DNA from: an uncultured virus (IMG/VR IMGVR_UViG_3300037189_025323)
Lineage: Duplodnaviria; Heunggongvirae; Uroviricota; Caudoviricetes
IMG/VR virus record: IMGVR_UViG_3300037189_025323
Span: 1-64,000 of that record
Length of the DNA: 64,000 nucleotides
Direction: 5' to 3' (one strand)
Part shown: piece by piece, positions 47,822-56,678 of the stretch
How positions within the stretch are numbered: the first letter of the stretch is position 1
How the letters are laid out: every line of letters starts with the position of its first letter
The notes under the pieces: generated by a model
What the model was told of the DNA's origin: nothing
Seen by the model: only the letters and a program-made list of their open reading frames with translations
Database searches by the model: none
Translations under genes and position numbers: made by a program

Positions 47822-49083
47822 TAAGGCTGTTTCATCCCCTTAGTAACATCCTGGAAGATAGTCCCAGATCGTCCATGACCATCTTGGATAACATTCACCA
47901 TGACACCAGCAAGCTTCTTGACAATCGTAAGGGGACTACTGGTAGAGAACCCAATAAAACTGTTGTAATACTTGCCAGCAGCAATCATGCTCTTTTCCGA
48001 AAGCTGAACCTCTGGCTTAAATCCCTGAACCGCCTGAAGCTCCTTAACCAAGGCATTCAGGAATTCCACCGAATCCTTCAAGGAAGCATCAAAATCCCGA
48101 CGATCCATCCCATCTTGCCAGAAAAGAGCCGCCTTCCAATACTTCTGGATATTGGCAAGAGTGGTCAACTCACCACCCCGACGAGTCTTGGCAGACGAAA
48201 CCGGGAAATCAAACTTGGCAGGATTATGGCGATCAATAACCGAATAGACACAGTAGTTGGAAATACCATTCTTTCGGGTCTTGATCAGCTTTTGATAAAG
48301 CTCCTCTTGATCCGCTTCGACATTGCCACCAAGAGCAGCCATAACCGCATGCTCAGCACGTTCCTGAGCAGCAATCTTCCGAGCCTGATTGGAATAAACC
48401 ACAGCATCCCGAGCCGTATTCAAGTCCATATCCTCGATATAGACAGGAACCTCAGCTTCCGGACCATAAGCCATGGCCAGAAACGCCAACCGATGCCGAC
48501 CAGAGGTGCATTCGATTGCGCCATCCTCCACCCGAGCCACAGTAATTGGCTGGAACATCTGTCCAGGGATCAAAATGTCCTGAGACACCTTGAACACGTT
48601 ATTCAGATCAATCTCTGCACTGAGGTTGATCCGATTCTTGAGAGTACACTTCTCAGCAATTTGTTGAAGAGCCTTAGGAAGGTTTTCCTTTTCCCCGATG
48701 AAGATGCCAATGTCACAGATCCGGACATTGGTACCAACCTTCCCGGCCAGGATGGTCCGCAGGGGAGGAAGTTCTTGCAACCCTGCCTTGGAAATCATCT
48801 TCTTGACGATGGCTTCCAGAGAGTCCTTTTCAGCCTTCTCCTTCTTCTCCTTGGGCTTCCGTCCCCGCTTGGCTCCTTCCTTCTTTTCGTCATGGAAGGT
48901 CTTGCCATCAGCCCCAACCTTCATTCCCGCCTTCTGCCCCGGCTTCCGTCCCCGCTTCTTCTTTTCTTCCACCACTTCGATTTTCATTCCATCCCCCTGC
49001 TCTTTGCCTTCCGGTTCTTGACCCCCAAGAACCTCACTCGGAATCCCACTCTCAGTCCCCAGCACTTCATCCTTGTCATTCAT
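47821..49083 (-). CDS. ParB/Srx-like (GxHR) domain protein with N-terminal AT-hook-like motifs
   Basis: PITVA..CTSGRHRL, with KKRGRKPG and KRGRKP in a disordered N-terminus. Confidence 0.6.
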   Translation of the reverse strand: MNDKDEVLGTESGIPSEVLGGQEPEGKEQGDGMKIEVVEEKKKRGRKPGQKAGMKVGADGKTFHDEKKEGAKRGRKPKEKKEKAEKDSLEAIVKKMISKAGLQELPPLRTILAGKVGTNVRICDIGIFIGEKENLPKALQQIAEKCTLKNRINLSAEIDLNNVFKVSQDILIPGQMFQPITVARVEDGAIECTSGRHRLAFLAMAYGPEAEVPVYIEDMDLNTARDAVVYSNQARKIAAQERAEHAVMAALGGNVEADQEELYQKLIKTRKNGISNYCVYSVIDRHNPAKFDFPVSSAKTRRGGELTTLANIQKYWKAALFWQDGMDRRDFDASLKDSVEFLNALVKELQAVQGFKPEVQLSEKSMIAAGKYYNSFIGFSTSSPLTIVKKLAGVMVNVIQDGHGRSGTIFQDVTKGMKQP

Positions 49084-49133
49084 TTGTCTTCTCTTTCTTT
49101 TTTTCGTTTTCGTCTTTTCTCGTTACCACAAAC

Positions 49134-49141
49134 ATTATACC
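49134..49141 (-). promoter_or_regulatory. GGTATAAT promoter element
   Basis: Intergenic, upstream of the ParB-like gene. Confidence 0.55.
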
Positions 49142-49176
49142 CGGAAATTCCCTTTTACACTCTCAACCGCCAAGAA

Positions 49177-50106
49177 TCAGGTTTTCTTGGAGGCTAAATA
49201 AGCCAAAACCCTTGGTTCGATCTTTTCCTTTCCCCCTACTTTCTGGATCAATTCATGAATATCAGCCACGTCCATCTCAAACTTGTCCACGTTCTCCAAA
49301 AACTTTGTCGGGTCAAAATCTTCCTTGGCTTTGTTGATAATCGCCATAGCCTCTTGACCAAAAACCTCCCCACCCGGCTTTGCCACAGACAAGGGATATT
49401 GGTCAACAGAAGTCCTTTTACCCTTTTCAATCCCGATCACAGCAACCATCGGGACCCTATCCGCCTCATCACTGGCTCGCCTAGCCAAAGAGCCAGGATT
49501 GCAAAACCAATGCCCATTAAGCTGATGAGGCTCGAAACCACAATGTAAATCCCCACTCACCACAACATCATAAGGTCCATCTTTAAAGAGAGACGTTGAG
49601 ACAGTATCAAACATCTTCTTCTGATCCGTAATCAAATGATGAGCAACAAGAATATTCACGTTCGCCGGATTTAGGCCAGCCGGATTCAGAGCAAGATTGA
49701 CATCCTCCCACACATGAGAAGGATAAAGGAAAACCCCCGCCTTAACCTCTGTAGGTTCCCAAAGAATGTTCAACCGGCTACAATGCTTTGTCACAAAAGC
49801 CAACGTAGAAGACTTGAAGGTTTCTGGATTGTACCCATGGATATCGTGTTGCCCAACAACAGCATAAGTGTTTAAACCAGAATCGCAAATGATTTCCATC
49901 AAATCATTGATCAACTCATAAGAAAAAAGACGATGAACATTGAAGAGATCACCCCCAAGCACCACAAACTCACAATTCTGAGAAGCAGCCATTTCGTAAG
50001 CCTCTCTTATCTTAGAGAGGATTGATTGGCTGTAGTCATCAACCCGGTGAATAGGGGCAACAGCCGTCACATGAGGATCTGTAAAGAATAGGAATTTGGT
50101 GTTCAT
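49177..50106 (-). CDS. Mre11/SbcD-like metallophosphoesterase nuclease
   Basis: DPH, GGDLF, GQHD, AH, GDLH and NPGSLAR motifs. Confidence 0.85.
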   Translation of the reverse strand: MNTKFLFFTDPHVTAVAPIHRVDDYSQSILSKIREAYEMAASQNCEFVVLGGDLFNVHRLFSYELINDLMEIICDSGLNTYAVVGQHDIHGYNPETFKSSTLAFVTKHCSRLNILWEPTEVKAGVFLYPSHVWEDVNLALNPAGLNPANVNILVAHHLITDQKKMFDTVSTSLFKDGPYDVVVSGDLHCGFEPHQLNGHWFCNPGSLARRASDEADRVPMVAVIGIEKGKRTSVDQYPLSVAKPGGEVFGQEAMAIINKAKEDFDPTKFLENVDKFEMDVADIHELIQKVGGKEKIEPRVLAYLASKKT

Positions 50107-50121
50107 GCTCTTCTTTCAGTC

Positions 50122-50619
50122 TTAAAGCCAGTCCTTAGCATCCTGAGCCTTCTTGGCTTCCCGGACCTCTTGAATGGCTTTCATTGCGAGTTTAATAACG
50201 TCCTTACCATATGCCATCATCACGTTATTCTCAATATCCCACCACAAATCTGCCTTGTTATAGCATGGGTCCAAGGGTTTCCCCCGAAAGTCCTTACCAA
50301 GAGTCGCTTCTGGAAGATATGACACCTCTTTCAGTCGAATGTTTCCAGAAACCAAAAGAGGAATGTACTCTTTGTACTTCTCCCAAACCTCAGGAATGCA
50401 AACCACCCACAAACCCTGCCCTTTGTAGTCCATAACCCCAGCCTGAAAGATCTTAAGGCTTTCAAGGTTCTTGGTAAAATTCTTCAAAGACTTCGGAACC
50501 GAGCCGAATTCAAACTCAGCACTGCCCATATAATCAAGCTGGAATTTTGAATCAAACCCCGGCTTCTGTCCCTGCTGCTTGCGCAACAAACACCGCTGAA
50601 TCAAATAAGGCTTTTCCAT
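50122..50619 (-). CDS. Phage hypothetical protein
   Basis: DYMGSAEFEFG and WWDIEN segments. Has its own promoter motif. Confidence 0.7.
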   Translation of the reverse strand: MEKPYLIQRCLLRKQQGQKPGFDSKFQLDYMGSAEFEFGSVPKSLKNFTKNLESLKIFQAGVMDYKGQGLWVVCIPEVWEKYKEYIPLLVSGNIRLKEVSYLPEATLGKDFRGKPLDPCYNKADLWWDIENNVMMAYGKDVIKLAMKAIQEVREAKKAQDAKDWL

Positions 50620-50662
50620 TTCTCAATCTCCCTTGATGGTCCGCTCAATCTTGTTTACGTCT

Positions 50663-50694
50663 ATGTATTACCCAGAGAAGTCAGAAATCCAAAC
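50663..50694 (-). promoter_or_regulatory. GTTTGGATTT-N10/11-TGGGTAATACAT promoter-like motif
   Basis: Copy of the motif at 26456-26488. Confidence 0.6.
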
Positions 50695-50700
50695 CTTCTG

Positions 50701-50737
50701 AAAAAAAAGAAACCCGCAGGCTTTTTACCTGCGGGTC
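50701..50737 (-). terminator. Rho-independent terminator
   Basis: ACCCGCAGG..CCTGCGGGT followed by a long T tract. Confidence 0.75.
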
Positions 50738-50760
50738 TATATAAAGGGATTGGACTCTCT

Positions 50761-50925
50761 TTATCGAGCCCTACCCGGACCCCTCTTCTTCTTCCCACAC
50801 AAGAGGAGTCTTGCCACTTTCAATAAGTCCTTGGCAAGCAAGCCTAACCCAGAACCAGGAGAACCGTAATCCCTCCTAGTCCTCAGTGGAGAACCAAACT
50901 CATGTTTGTTATCATTGTTTTTCAT
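50761..50925 (-). CDS. Unannotated 54-aa basic peptide carrying LAKDLLKVARLL
   Basis: Reads MKNNDNKHEFGSPLRTRRDYGSPGSGLGLLAKDLLKVARLLLCGKKKRGPGRAR*, fills the gap and is followed by a terminator. Confidence 0.55.
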   Translation of the reverse strand: MKNNDNKHEFGSPLRTRRDYGSPGSGLGLLAKDLLKVARLLLCGKKKRGPGRAR

Positions 50926-50953
50926 TACCGAAAGAAAAAATATAAATTTTTTC

Positions 50954-51565
50954 TTAAGACTTAGTTTTCAGCCCGATTACATCAATTATCTCCTCAATTC
51001 GAGAAGCAGTATCACTCGTTTTCAAAATGTGATACTTAATTCCCCAGTCCTCCATTATCCCCTTCTCTAAGGCATGAATTTGAAATTGATACCAGGGATT
51101 CAAAGTCCTCTTCTTGTTGTTCTCAAGAGGAACATCCATCCAGGGGCAAAGGAAAATATGAGTATAGATAGAAGCATGCTTCTTACAAGCAAAGAAGATT
51201 TTCCGAAGAAGAGCAGTATCAATGTCATGCAACTCATTAACAGCATAAGCCGCAAGATCAATCAACGTCCTATCTGTTACCCAAGGAGAACCAACCGTAA
51301 GAGTATTGATCGTCTTATCAAGAATCTCTTTCTGCCTATCTGGGCTGGCTAAGAACCTTTCAATCTGAATCCCCGAACAATAGTCATAGCAATCTCTAAT
51401 AAGAATCTCTTTTGTAATTGACTTTGCCTCAATCAAGCCAATTCCTATTTTCTCGCTCAAGCACTTAGCAAGAGAACTTTTTCCGGTACCCGCTGCACCT
51501 GTTATTCCAACACGAAAAGCTGTAGTGATCATTTTCACCTCTCCGTTTACTTTATTAATCTCCAA
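50954..51565 (-). CDS. P-loop nucleotide kinase-like (AAA_28/NadR-type)
   Basis: GITGAAGTGKS, TDRTLID..AY and YTHIF motifs. Confidence 0.75.
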   Translation of the reverse strand: MEINKVNGEVKMITTAFRVGITGAAGTGKSSLAKCLSEKIGIGLIEAKSITKEILIRDCYDYCSGIQIERFLASPDRQKEILDKTINTLTVGSPWVTDRTLIDLAAYAVNELHDIDTALLRKIFFACKKHASIYTHIFLCPWMDVPLENNKKRTLNPWYQFQIHALEKGIMEDWGIKYHILKTSDTASRIEEIIDVIGLKTKS

Positions 51566-52482
51566 ACATCTTTGAGAATACTAACAAACCTAAATGTAAT
51601 AAAATACTTCTCCAATTCTTTCGGATCATAAGTTTTCAAAACCCTAGGCTTTGGAACATAAGGAAGAATATCCATTTGTTTCAATGATTTGGCTAGCATC
51701 ACTCTTGGAATACTATCCAAAAGAACCTGTTCCTTTTTGGATTTTTTAGGCTTAGCCTTAATGGCTTCAATTATGTTTTCCAAACTGCCATGCTCACGAA
51801 CATACTTACAAGAAGTTACAGGACCCCATCCCTCACAACCAAAAATATTATCCTTGGTTGGTCCCTGTTCCCCCTCCAAGGCACCAAGATCAACCCAAAG
51901 ACTTGGATCAAATTGAAACTCAAGCTTGAATCTCTCTTTGGTCCAACGCTCTTGTTTCATGGCATCATAAACAATAACATTGTCATCTATAACCTGCATA
52001 AAATCATGATCTGAAGAAACAATAACAGTGTCTCCTCCATTTGCCTGATTTTGTTTTGCATAGGTATAAATAACATCATCACCTTCTGCCCCATCAATGC
52101 CAACCTGAAGACACCTGACAAGGTTCAAAGCATCCTTCATCTCATCCATTTGCTCATGAATTTCTTCAAGGATTTGAGCCTTGTCAGGGTCTTGAGCCGA
52201 AAGCTCAGCCGTGCTTCTCCGATTGGCTTTGTAAGCAGAAGGAATCAACCCCGCTTCAACAGCCTTAGTGGATTCATCTAGTCGGCGTTGATATCCTCTA
52301 TCCCAAGCAATAACCCGAAAGTGATCAGGAAACTCCTTGTGTAAGGAAATCAAAGCCCTAAAGAATCCATACAACAACCCCGTACATCTTCCATTATAAC
52401 TAAGCTCCTTATGAGCCCAATAAGAACGATGGCTAAGGTTGTTCCCATCAATCAAGAGAAGCTTTGGCTTACCATCAGGCAT
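51547..52482 (-). CDS. 5'-3' exonuclease / flap endonuclease
   Basis: LLIDGNNL, YKANR, EGDDVI, SSDHDF.Q and DNI.G..GWGP motifs. Confidence 0.9.
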   Translation of the reverse strand: MPDGKPKLLLIDGNNLSHRSYWAHKELSYNGRCTGLLYGFFRALISLHKEFPDHFRVIAWDRGYQRRLDESTKAVEAGLIPSAYKANRRSTAELSAQDPDKAQILEEIHEQMDEMKDALNLVRCLQVGIDGAEGDDVIYTYAKQNQANGGDTVIVSSDHDFMQVIDDNVIVYDAMKQERWTKERFKLEFQFDPSLWVDLGALEGEQGPTKDNIFGCEGWGPVTSCKYVREHGSLENIIEAIKAKPKKSKKEQVLLDSIPRVMLAKSLKQMDILPYVPKPRVLKTYDPKELEKYFITFRFVSILKDVWRLIK

Positions 52483-53650
52483 CTTGTTCCTCCACCAATT
52501 CCGCATCTACTTGTTTAACGCTACCATCGGGAAGAGCCTCCTCTAAAGAAGTCACAGGGGTTCTCTTAATCATCCCCTTTGGCTTTTTGATAGCAACAGC
52601 AGATTCCCCTTCCTCTGCCTCCAAAGCATCTACCGGATCTTTAGGAGCATTTTTTACAGCCTCCTCCAATTCTGCAAAGAATTGTGGGGTTTTCTTAGCA
52701 AAATCAATGAAGTCTTTTCTGCCTGCTCCAACAACTTGATCCTTATAAGAGATTTTTGCCCCTCTCTTTGTAACAACCTTAATCGCAATTGCCTTATCGC
52801 AAATAGCAGCAACCCGATCAATTCCTGTTCCAAAGGAAATGTAGAAGATAGCCTTCTTGAAAGGAGCAGCAGTCTTGTTCTTCTTTACATCTGCCTGAAC
52901 CTTGCTCCCAACAATAATCTCTCCATCCTTCTCTTTTGAAATAGAAGAGATATTCACCCGAATAGAAGCGTAATGGCGCAAGGCTCTACCACCGGGAGTT
53001 GTTGTTTTATCCCCATACATGACACCAATCTTTTCACGCATCTGATTGGTCCAAAAGATAGTAGTACCCCGCTTACCAGCCTCAGCGCAAAGAATTCGCA
53101 TTGTTTGAGACATCAAGCGAGCTTGTTGCCCAACATGTTGATCGCCAATGTCACCATCAAGCTCAGCCTGAGGAGTCAAAGCAGCAACCGAATCGACAAT
53201 GATAAGACCAACCCCAAGCTGAATCAAATGACGAACAACCTTAAGAGCCTGTTCACCACTTTCAGGCTGATTCACAAGAAGCAAATCAGTATCTACACCC
53301 AAATTCCTAGCATACTCTTCATCAAATGAAAACTCAGTGTCAACCAAAGCAACATCTTCATCCGGAGCATCTTTTTGGAACTCAGCGATAGCATGCAAGC
53401 AGGTAGTGGATTTACCGCCAGATTCAGGCCCAAAAAGTTCAATAAACCTCCCCTTTGGCCAACCTCCTCCCAATGCAGAATCCAATTCGGGACAACCAGA
53501 AGAAAAACGAGCAATAGGAATAGTATCACCAGAACCCAAAAAGGTAATAATATCCTGGGCTTTTTCAGCCTTCTTAATCGTATCACAAATCTTCCGCAAC
53601 CGTTCAAACCGCTTTTGCCGATCAGGAGTCATCTGAATATTTGAAGCCAT
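52475..53650 (-). CDS. recA: RecA recombinase
   Basis: GPESGGKST, VDSVAAL, QARLMSQ, NQMREKIGVMYG, GGRAL.HYAS.R and KNK motifs. Start MASNIQ at 53650. Confidence 0.95.
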   Translation of the reverse strand: MASNIQMTPDRQKRFERLRKICDTIKKAEKAQDIITFLGSGDTIPIARFSSGCPELDSALGGGWPKGRFIELFGPESGGKSTTCLHAIAEFQKDAPDEDVALVDTEFSFDEEYARNLGVDTDLLLVNQPESGEQALKVVRHLIQLGVGLIIVDSVAALTPQAELDGDIGDQHVGQQARLMSQTMRILCAEAGKRGTTIFWTNQMREKIGVMYGDKTTTPGGRALRHYASIRVNISSISKEKDGEIIVGSKVQADVKKNKTAAPFKKAIFYISFGTGIDRVAAICDKAIAIKVVTKRGAKISYKDQVVGAGRKDFIDFAKKTPQFFAELEEAVKNAPKDPVDALEAEEGESAVAIKKPKGMIKRTPVTSLEEALPDGSVKQVDAELVEEQDA

Positions 53651-53663
53651 AAACCACTCTCCT

Positions 53664-53692
53664 AAAAAAGGGGATGGACAATCCATCCCCCG
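53664..53692 (-). terminator. Rho-independent terminator
   Basis: GGGATGGA-TTG-TCCATCCC followed by TTTTTT. Confidence 0.7.
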
Positions 53693-53706
53693 GTTTAACC
53701 TCTATC

Positions 53707-53994
53707 TCAACCGCCTTTTTTCTGCTCGCACTTAACTGCAAATGGGCATTCTTTGCATTCATGACTCTTCTTGTCATAAGTCCCAAAACATTCCCAGTCT
53801 TTTTCAGGATCAATGTTTGAGAAATCAAGAGCCGATTTCGAGCTAGCAGAAGACTCTGACTTTAGAACCGGAATCTCTTTCTCCGGTTCTGGCTGGGAAA
53901 CAGGAGCCGAAACTGGCTTAACAGGCTTAGATTCTACAGGAGCAACCTGAGACTGCCTTGACGGTTCCGGCTTTTTCTCCTGAACCTCAGTTAC
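53707..53994 (-). CDS. -1 frame extension of the SSB gene (95 codons, Pro-rich linker + Cys4 module)
   Basis: Open frame with no ATG, entered from the A9G run. Reads VTEVQEKKPEPS...DWECFGTYDKKSHECKECPFAVKCEQKKGG*. Confidence 0.75.
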   Translation of the reverse strand, partial: VTEVQEKKPEPSRQSQVAPVESKPVKPVSAPVSQPEPEKEIPVLKSESSASSKSALDFSNIDPEKDWECFGTYDKKSHECKECPFAVKCEQKKGG

Positions 53995-54992
53995 TTTTTT
54001 TTTACACCCGAAGAACCACCAATTGCATCCTCATCCTCATCACCAAGAGCATCATCTTGCTCTTCCTCTTCAGCCATCTTCCGGGGAATCTTCCCAGCAG
54101 ACTTAGGAGGAGTAGCAGGAGCAGCTTCCTCCTCTCCAGAATTCAGATCCAGCAACTCCCGAAGATCAGGATGGAGTGCATCCATAAGCAAATCAAAAGC
54201 TGTTTGCTTACCACAAATGGTCTTCAAATCATGGAGATCCCAAGAACGCTCTTCAGCAGTCAAAGGAGTAACCTTGACGGAAAGAGGCTTCCCAAACAAT
54301 ACAGCCTTAGCTGCATAAGTAGTCTTAGCCCCACTCCCCTTGGTAACACAGATATCAATGCCTTCATCAGTATCAGTGATATCAAAACCACACTGATTGA
54401 AGACACCTTCGATATCACGCCACAATTCCTTTCCAACCGTAGCAATCTTCAAACCAGGGACCTTGATTTCGTTCCCATTATCAACCTTGATGATATACGG
54501 GTCATCACGATCAATAATGTTCCACTTCAAAGCAACACGAGCATAAGAAGCCTGCTTAAGAGCCTCAAAGAACTTCTTCTCTTCAGCGTTGGGGTTCTCC
54601 TTAAGAGCCTGTTTTGCCAAAGCAGAAAGCTTGCAGAAGGGGCAAGTACGATCCTTCTTCATTTCTTCCTTGGCAATGTCCCAATCAAGGCAATTCACCG
54701 TAGCGGGAATCTTCCCTTCACCCTGAAAAGACTTGCCTTGGCACAGCCCACGTTCCCCACGTTTCGGATTGGGACAAACATAGTGAGTATGAACCTCAGT
54801 CATTTCCCCAACCAGACGGACAATGTTATCAGCATCTTTCCAAGAATGGAAGATACCCCGGAAAGAACTGAAGTTAGTCCGAACCGGTTCCCGTTCCTTC
54901 ATCCGACGAATCTTGTCCAGTACGCTACTCATGACGCTACTCCCTTGTTTGCCTTTTTTTACCTTGGCATTAGCCTTGAAGTTTTTCCTCAT
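53991..54992 (-). CDS. gp32-like single-stranded DNA-binding protein
   Basis: CPFC, WNIIDR and DITD.DEG.DI.VTKGSG..T.Y motifs with an acidic tail. Lies between the UvsY-like gene and recA. Confidence 0.7.
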   Translation of the reverse strand: MRKNFKANAKVKKGKQGSSVMSSVLDKIRRMKEREPVRTNFSSFRGIFHSWKDADNIVRLVGEMTEVHTHYVCPNPKRGERGLCQGKSFQGEGKIPATVNCLDWDIAKEEMKKDRTCPFCKLSALAKQALKENPNAEEKKFFEALKQASYARVALKWNIIDRDDPYIIKVDNGNEIKVPGLKIATVGKELWRDIEGVFNQCGFDITDTDEGIDICVTKGSGAKTTYAAKAVLFGKPLSVKVTPLTAEERSWDLHDLKTICGKQTAFDLLMDALHPDLRELLDLNSGEEEAAPATPPKSAGKIPRKMAEEEEQDDALGDEDEDAIGGSSGVKKK

Positions 54993-55620
54993 GCCTTTGC
55001 CTAATCACAGATTTAACCCTACTAACACTGCTTGTCATCGAACCCGTATTCCTTGCCTTTTCCTCAGACAAAGAGGAATTAGAGTTATAGTTTTCCATGT
55101 TGTTTAAATTGGCATATTCACGGATCGTAAAGGATTTTTGCCTCCAAGCCTCAAGATATGAATCCATCGTATCATAATCAAATTGAGCTTCCTCAATCCG
55201 CCTTTCCCAATCCTCAATCTGAATCTCATTATCAACGATGAATCTTGCCTCAATATCTGCTACGGTGGTTTTCCCGGTTCCAGCACCAAGACTAGCCTTA
55301 GCTTCTGCATATTTCTTCTTAGACCAACGATCATAAGCCTTCTTTAAATTACTCAACTGCCTACTAGCTTCCTTCTTCACTGCACCATAATAAGCAATTG
55401 CGTTTGGTTGCATAATAACATGCATATCCAAATCAAGCTTACTAACGTCAAGAAGATCTGGACCTGCATCCTCAAGACGAATCCCACAAATGTCTTGCTG
55501 GCCTAATTTCATAGACATTTCAGCAATATTTTGAATCACAGCCATTGTCATAAAAACTCCTTTACTGATTCGACTTAATCTGATTTTCCAAAATCTGAAC
55601 TTCCTTCCTGAACTCTGCAA
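54970..55620 (-). CDS. UvsY-like recombination mediator
   Basis: QP..IAYYG, TVADIEA and LEAWRQKSF.IRE helical pattern, in SSB/RecA context. True start probably near 55551. Confidence 0.55.
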   Translation of the reverse strand: MQSSGRKFRFWKIRLSRISKGVFMTMAVIQNIAEMSMKLGQQDICGIRLEDAGPDLLDVSKLDLDMHVIMQPNAIAYYGAVKKEASRQLSNLKKAYDRWSKKKYAEAKASLGAGTGKTTVADIEARFIVDNEIQIEDWERRIEEAQFDYDTMDSYLEAWRQKSFTIREYANLNNMENYNSNSSLSEEKARNTGSMTSSVSRVKSVIRQRHEEKLQG

Positions 55621-56248
55621 TCATTATACCCTTGTCCCGAAACTTTTTTAGGATTTCCAAAACTTTTGTTCTAATTTCCATATCTTCTGTAGAACGAGCA
55701 ACAACCCTAGCCCGATTAATCAAATTAATGCTTTCAGATTGCTGCATAAACTCTTCTTTTTTCGTCTTAATTGCATCCTTATTGTCATAGATAAAGGTGT
55801 TCCAAGCTTTTGAAGAAACAGCAGTCGTAAATTCCGGAGGATTCAAGTATTGACGCTCTTCAAGATAGTCATCGAAAAACCAAGCCAAGTAAAAATCTGC
55901 ATCAATGTGATTTTGACTAATTTTCCCGGAAATAAACTGGTCAATCATTTTAGAATCAAGAGGTTTTATGGTGTTAGGATATTCATATCCCAAATTAACC
56001 AAAAACCGATTCTTGAAGCTTGAAATAAACCTCTTTTTCTCATCGTTAACCGGATTCTTAACGGGTCCCTTATCCTTCTCATACAAATGAACGTCAGCCG
56101 CTCTTGCTAACAATTCAATTTGATGATGAAGCTCAGGAATCTTATTTATCCCACAAAGCTCAGAAAACGAATAAACCATCCCAATGAAATATTCTACGTT
56201 GTTCTTAGGAACCGGAACCCTAAACACATTTTCTTTCTCGCTCATCAA
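55562..56248 (-). CDS. Hypothetical protein
   Basis: Operonic ORF. Confidence 0.6.
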   Translation of the reverse strand: MMSEKENVFRVPVPKNNVEYFIGMVYSFSELCGINKIPELHHQIELLARAADVHLYEKDKGPVKNPVNDEKKRFISSFKNRFLVNLGYEYPNTIKPLDSKMIDQFISGKISQNHIDADFYLAWFFDDYLEERQYLNPPEFTTAVSSKAWNTFIYDNKDAIKTKKEEFMQQSESINLINRARVVARSTEDMEIRTKVLEILKKFRDKGIMIAEFRKEVQILENQIKSNQ

Positions 56249-56678
56249 AATACTCCTTGACTTGACTAACTATATTTTGATCCTGATCAAATAATAACGG
56301 GAACAAACAATCAACATTTCCCGAACGTCTAAACATGGCGATAGCTTCTTGCTTCATCATAGAATCATTTGATTCTAAAATCCCAACTAGATCTTCAAGA
56401 TTTCCCCCTCGCTTCCCTAGATGCCTCATAGCCTCAAATACAATTGATTTATCTTGCTCGTCTCTCAACACATTAAACAACAAACTAACATTCCCCTTTG
56501 CCCCTATAATCCTAATTGCAGCCATCCGTACAAGGGAATCTACATGATTTAAAAAAGGCTCTATCGGGGAAACATCAACTTTTATGCACTTCAAGATATT
56601 ACGAATATCACTTTCGTAAACCTTTCCGGATTTAAGCCGGGATGCACAAGTCAAAACAGCCCTTTCAGGAAAAGTCAT
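56220..56678 (-). CDS. HEAT-repeat protein
   Basis: Repeated L.D....VR.AA...LG-type units. Confidence 0.7.
   Translation of the reverse strand: MTFPERAVLTCASRLKSGKVYESDIRNILKCIKVDVSPIEPFLNHVDSLVRMAAIRIIGAKGNVSLLFNVLRDEQDKSIVFEAMRHLGKRGGNLEDLVGILESNDSMMKQEAIAMFRRSGNVDCLFPLLFDQDQNIVSQVKEYFDERERKCV

Noticed and set aside
53622..53828. 68-aa tracked ORF upstream of recA
   Set aside because: Wrong frame: it crosses the terminator and the recA start, whereas the -1 SSB frame carries the conserved Cys module.
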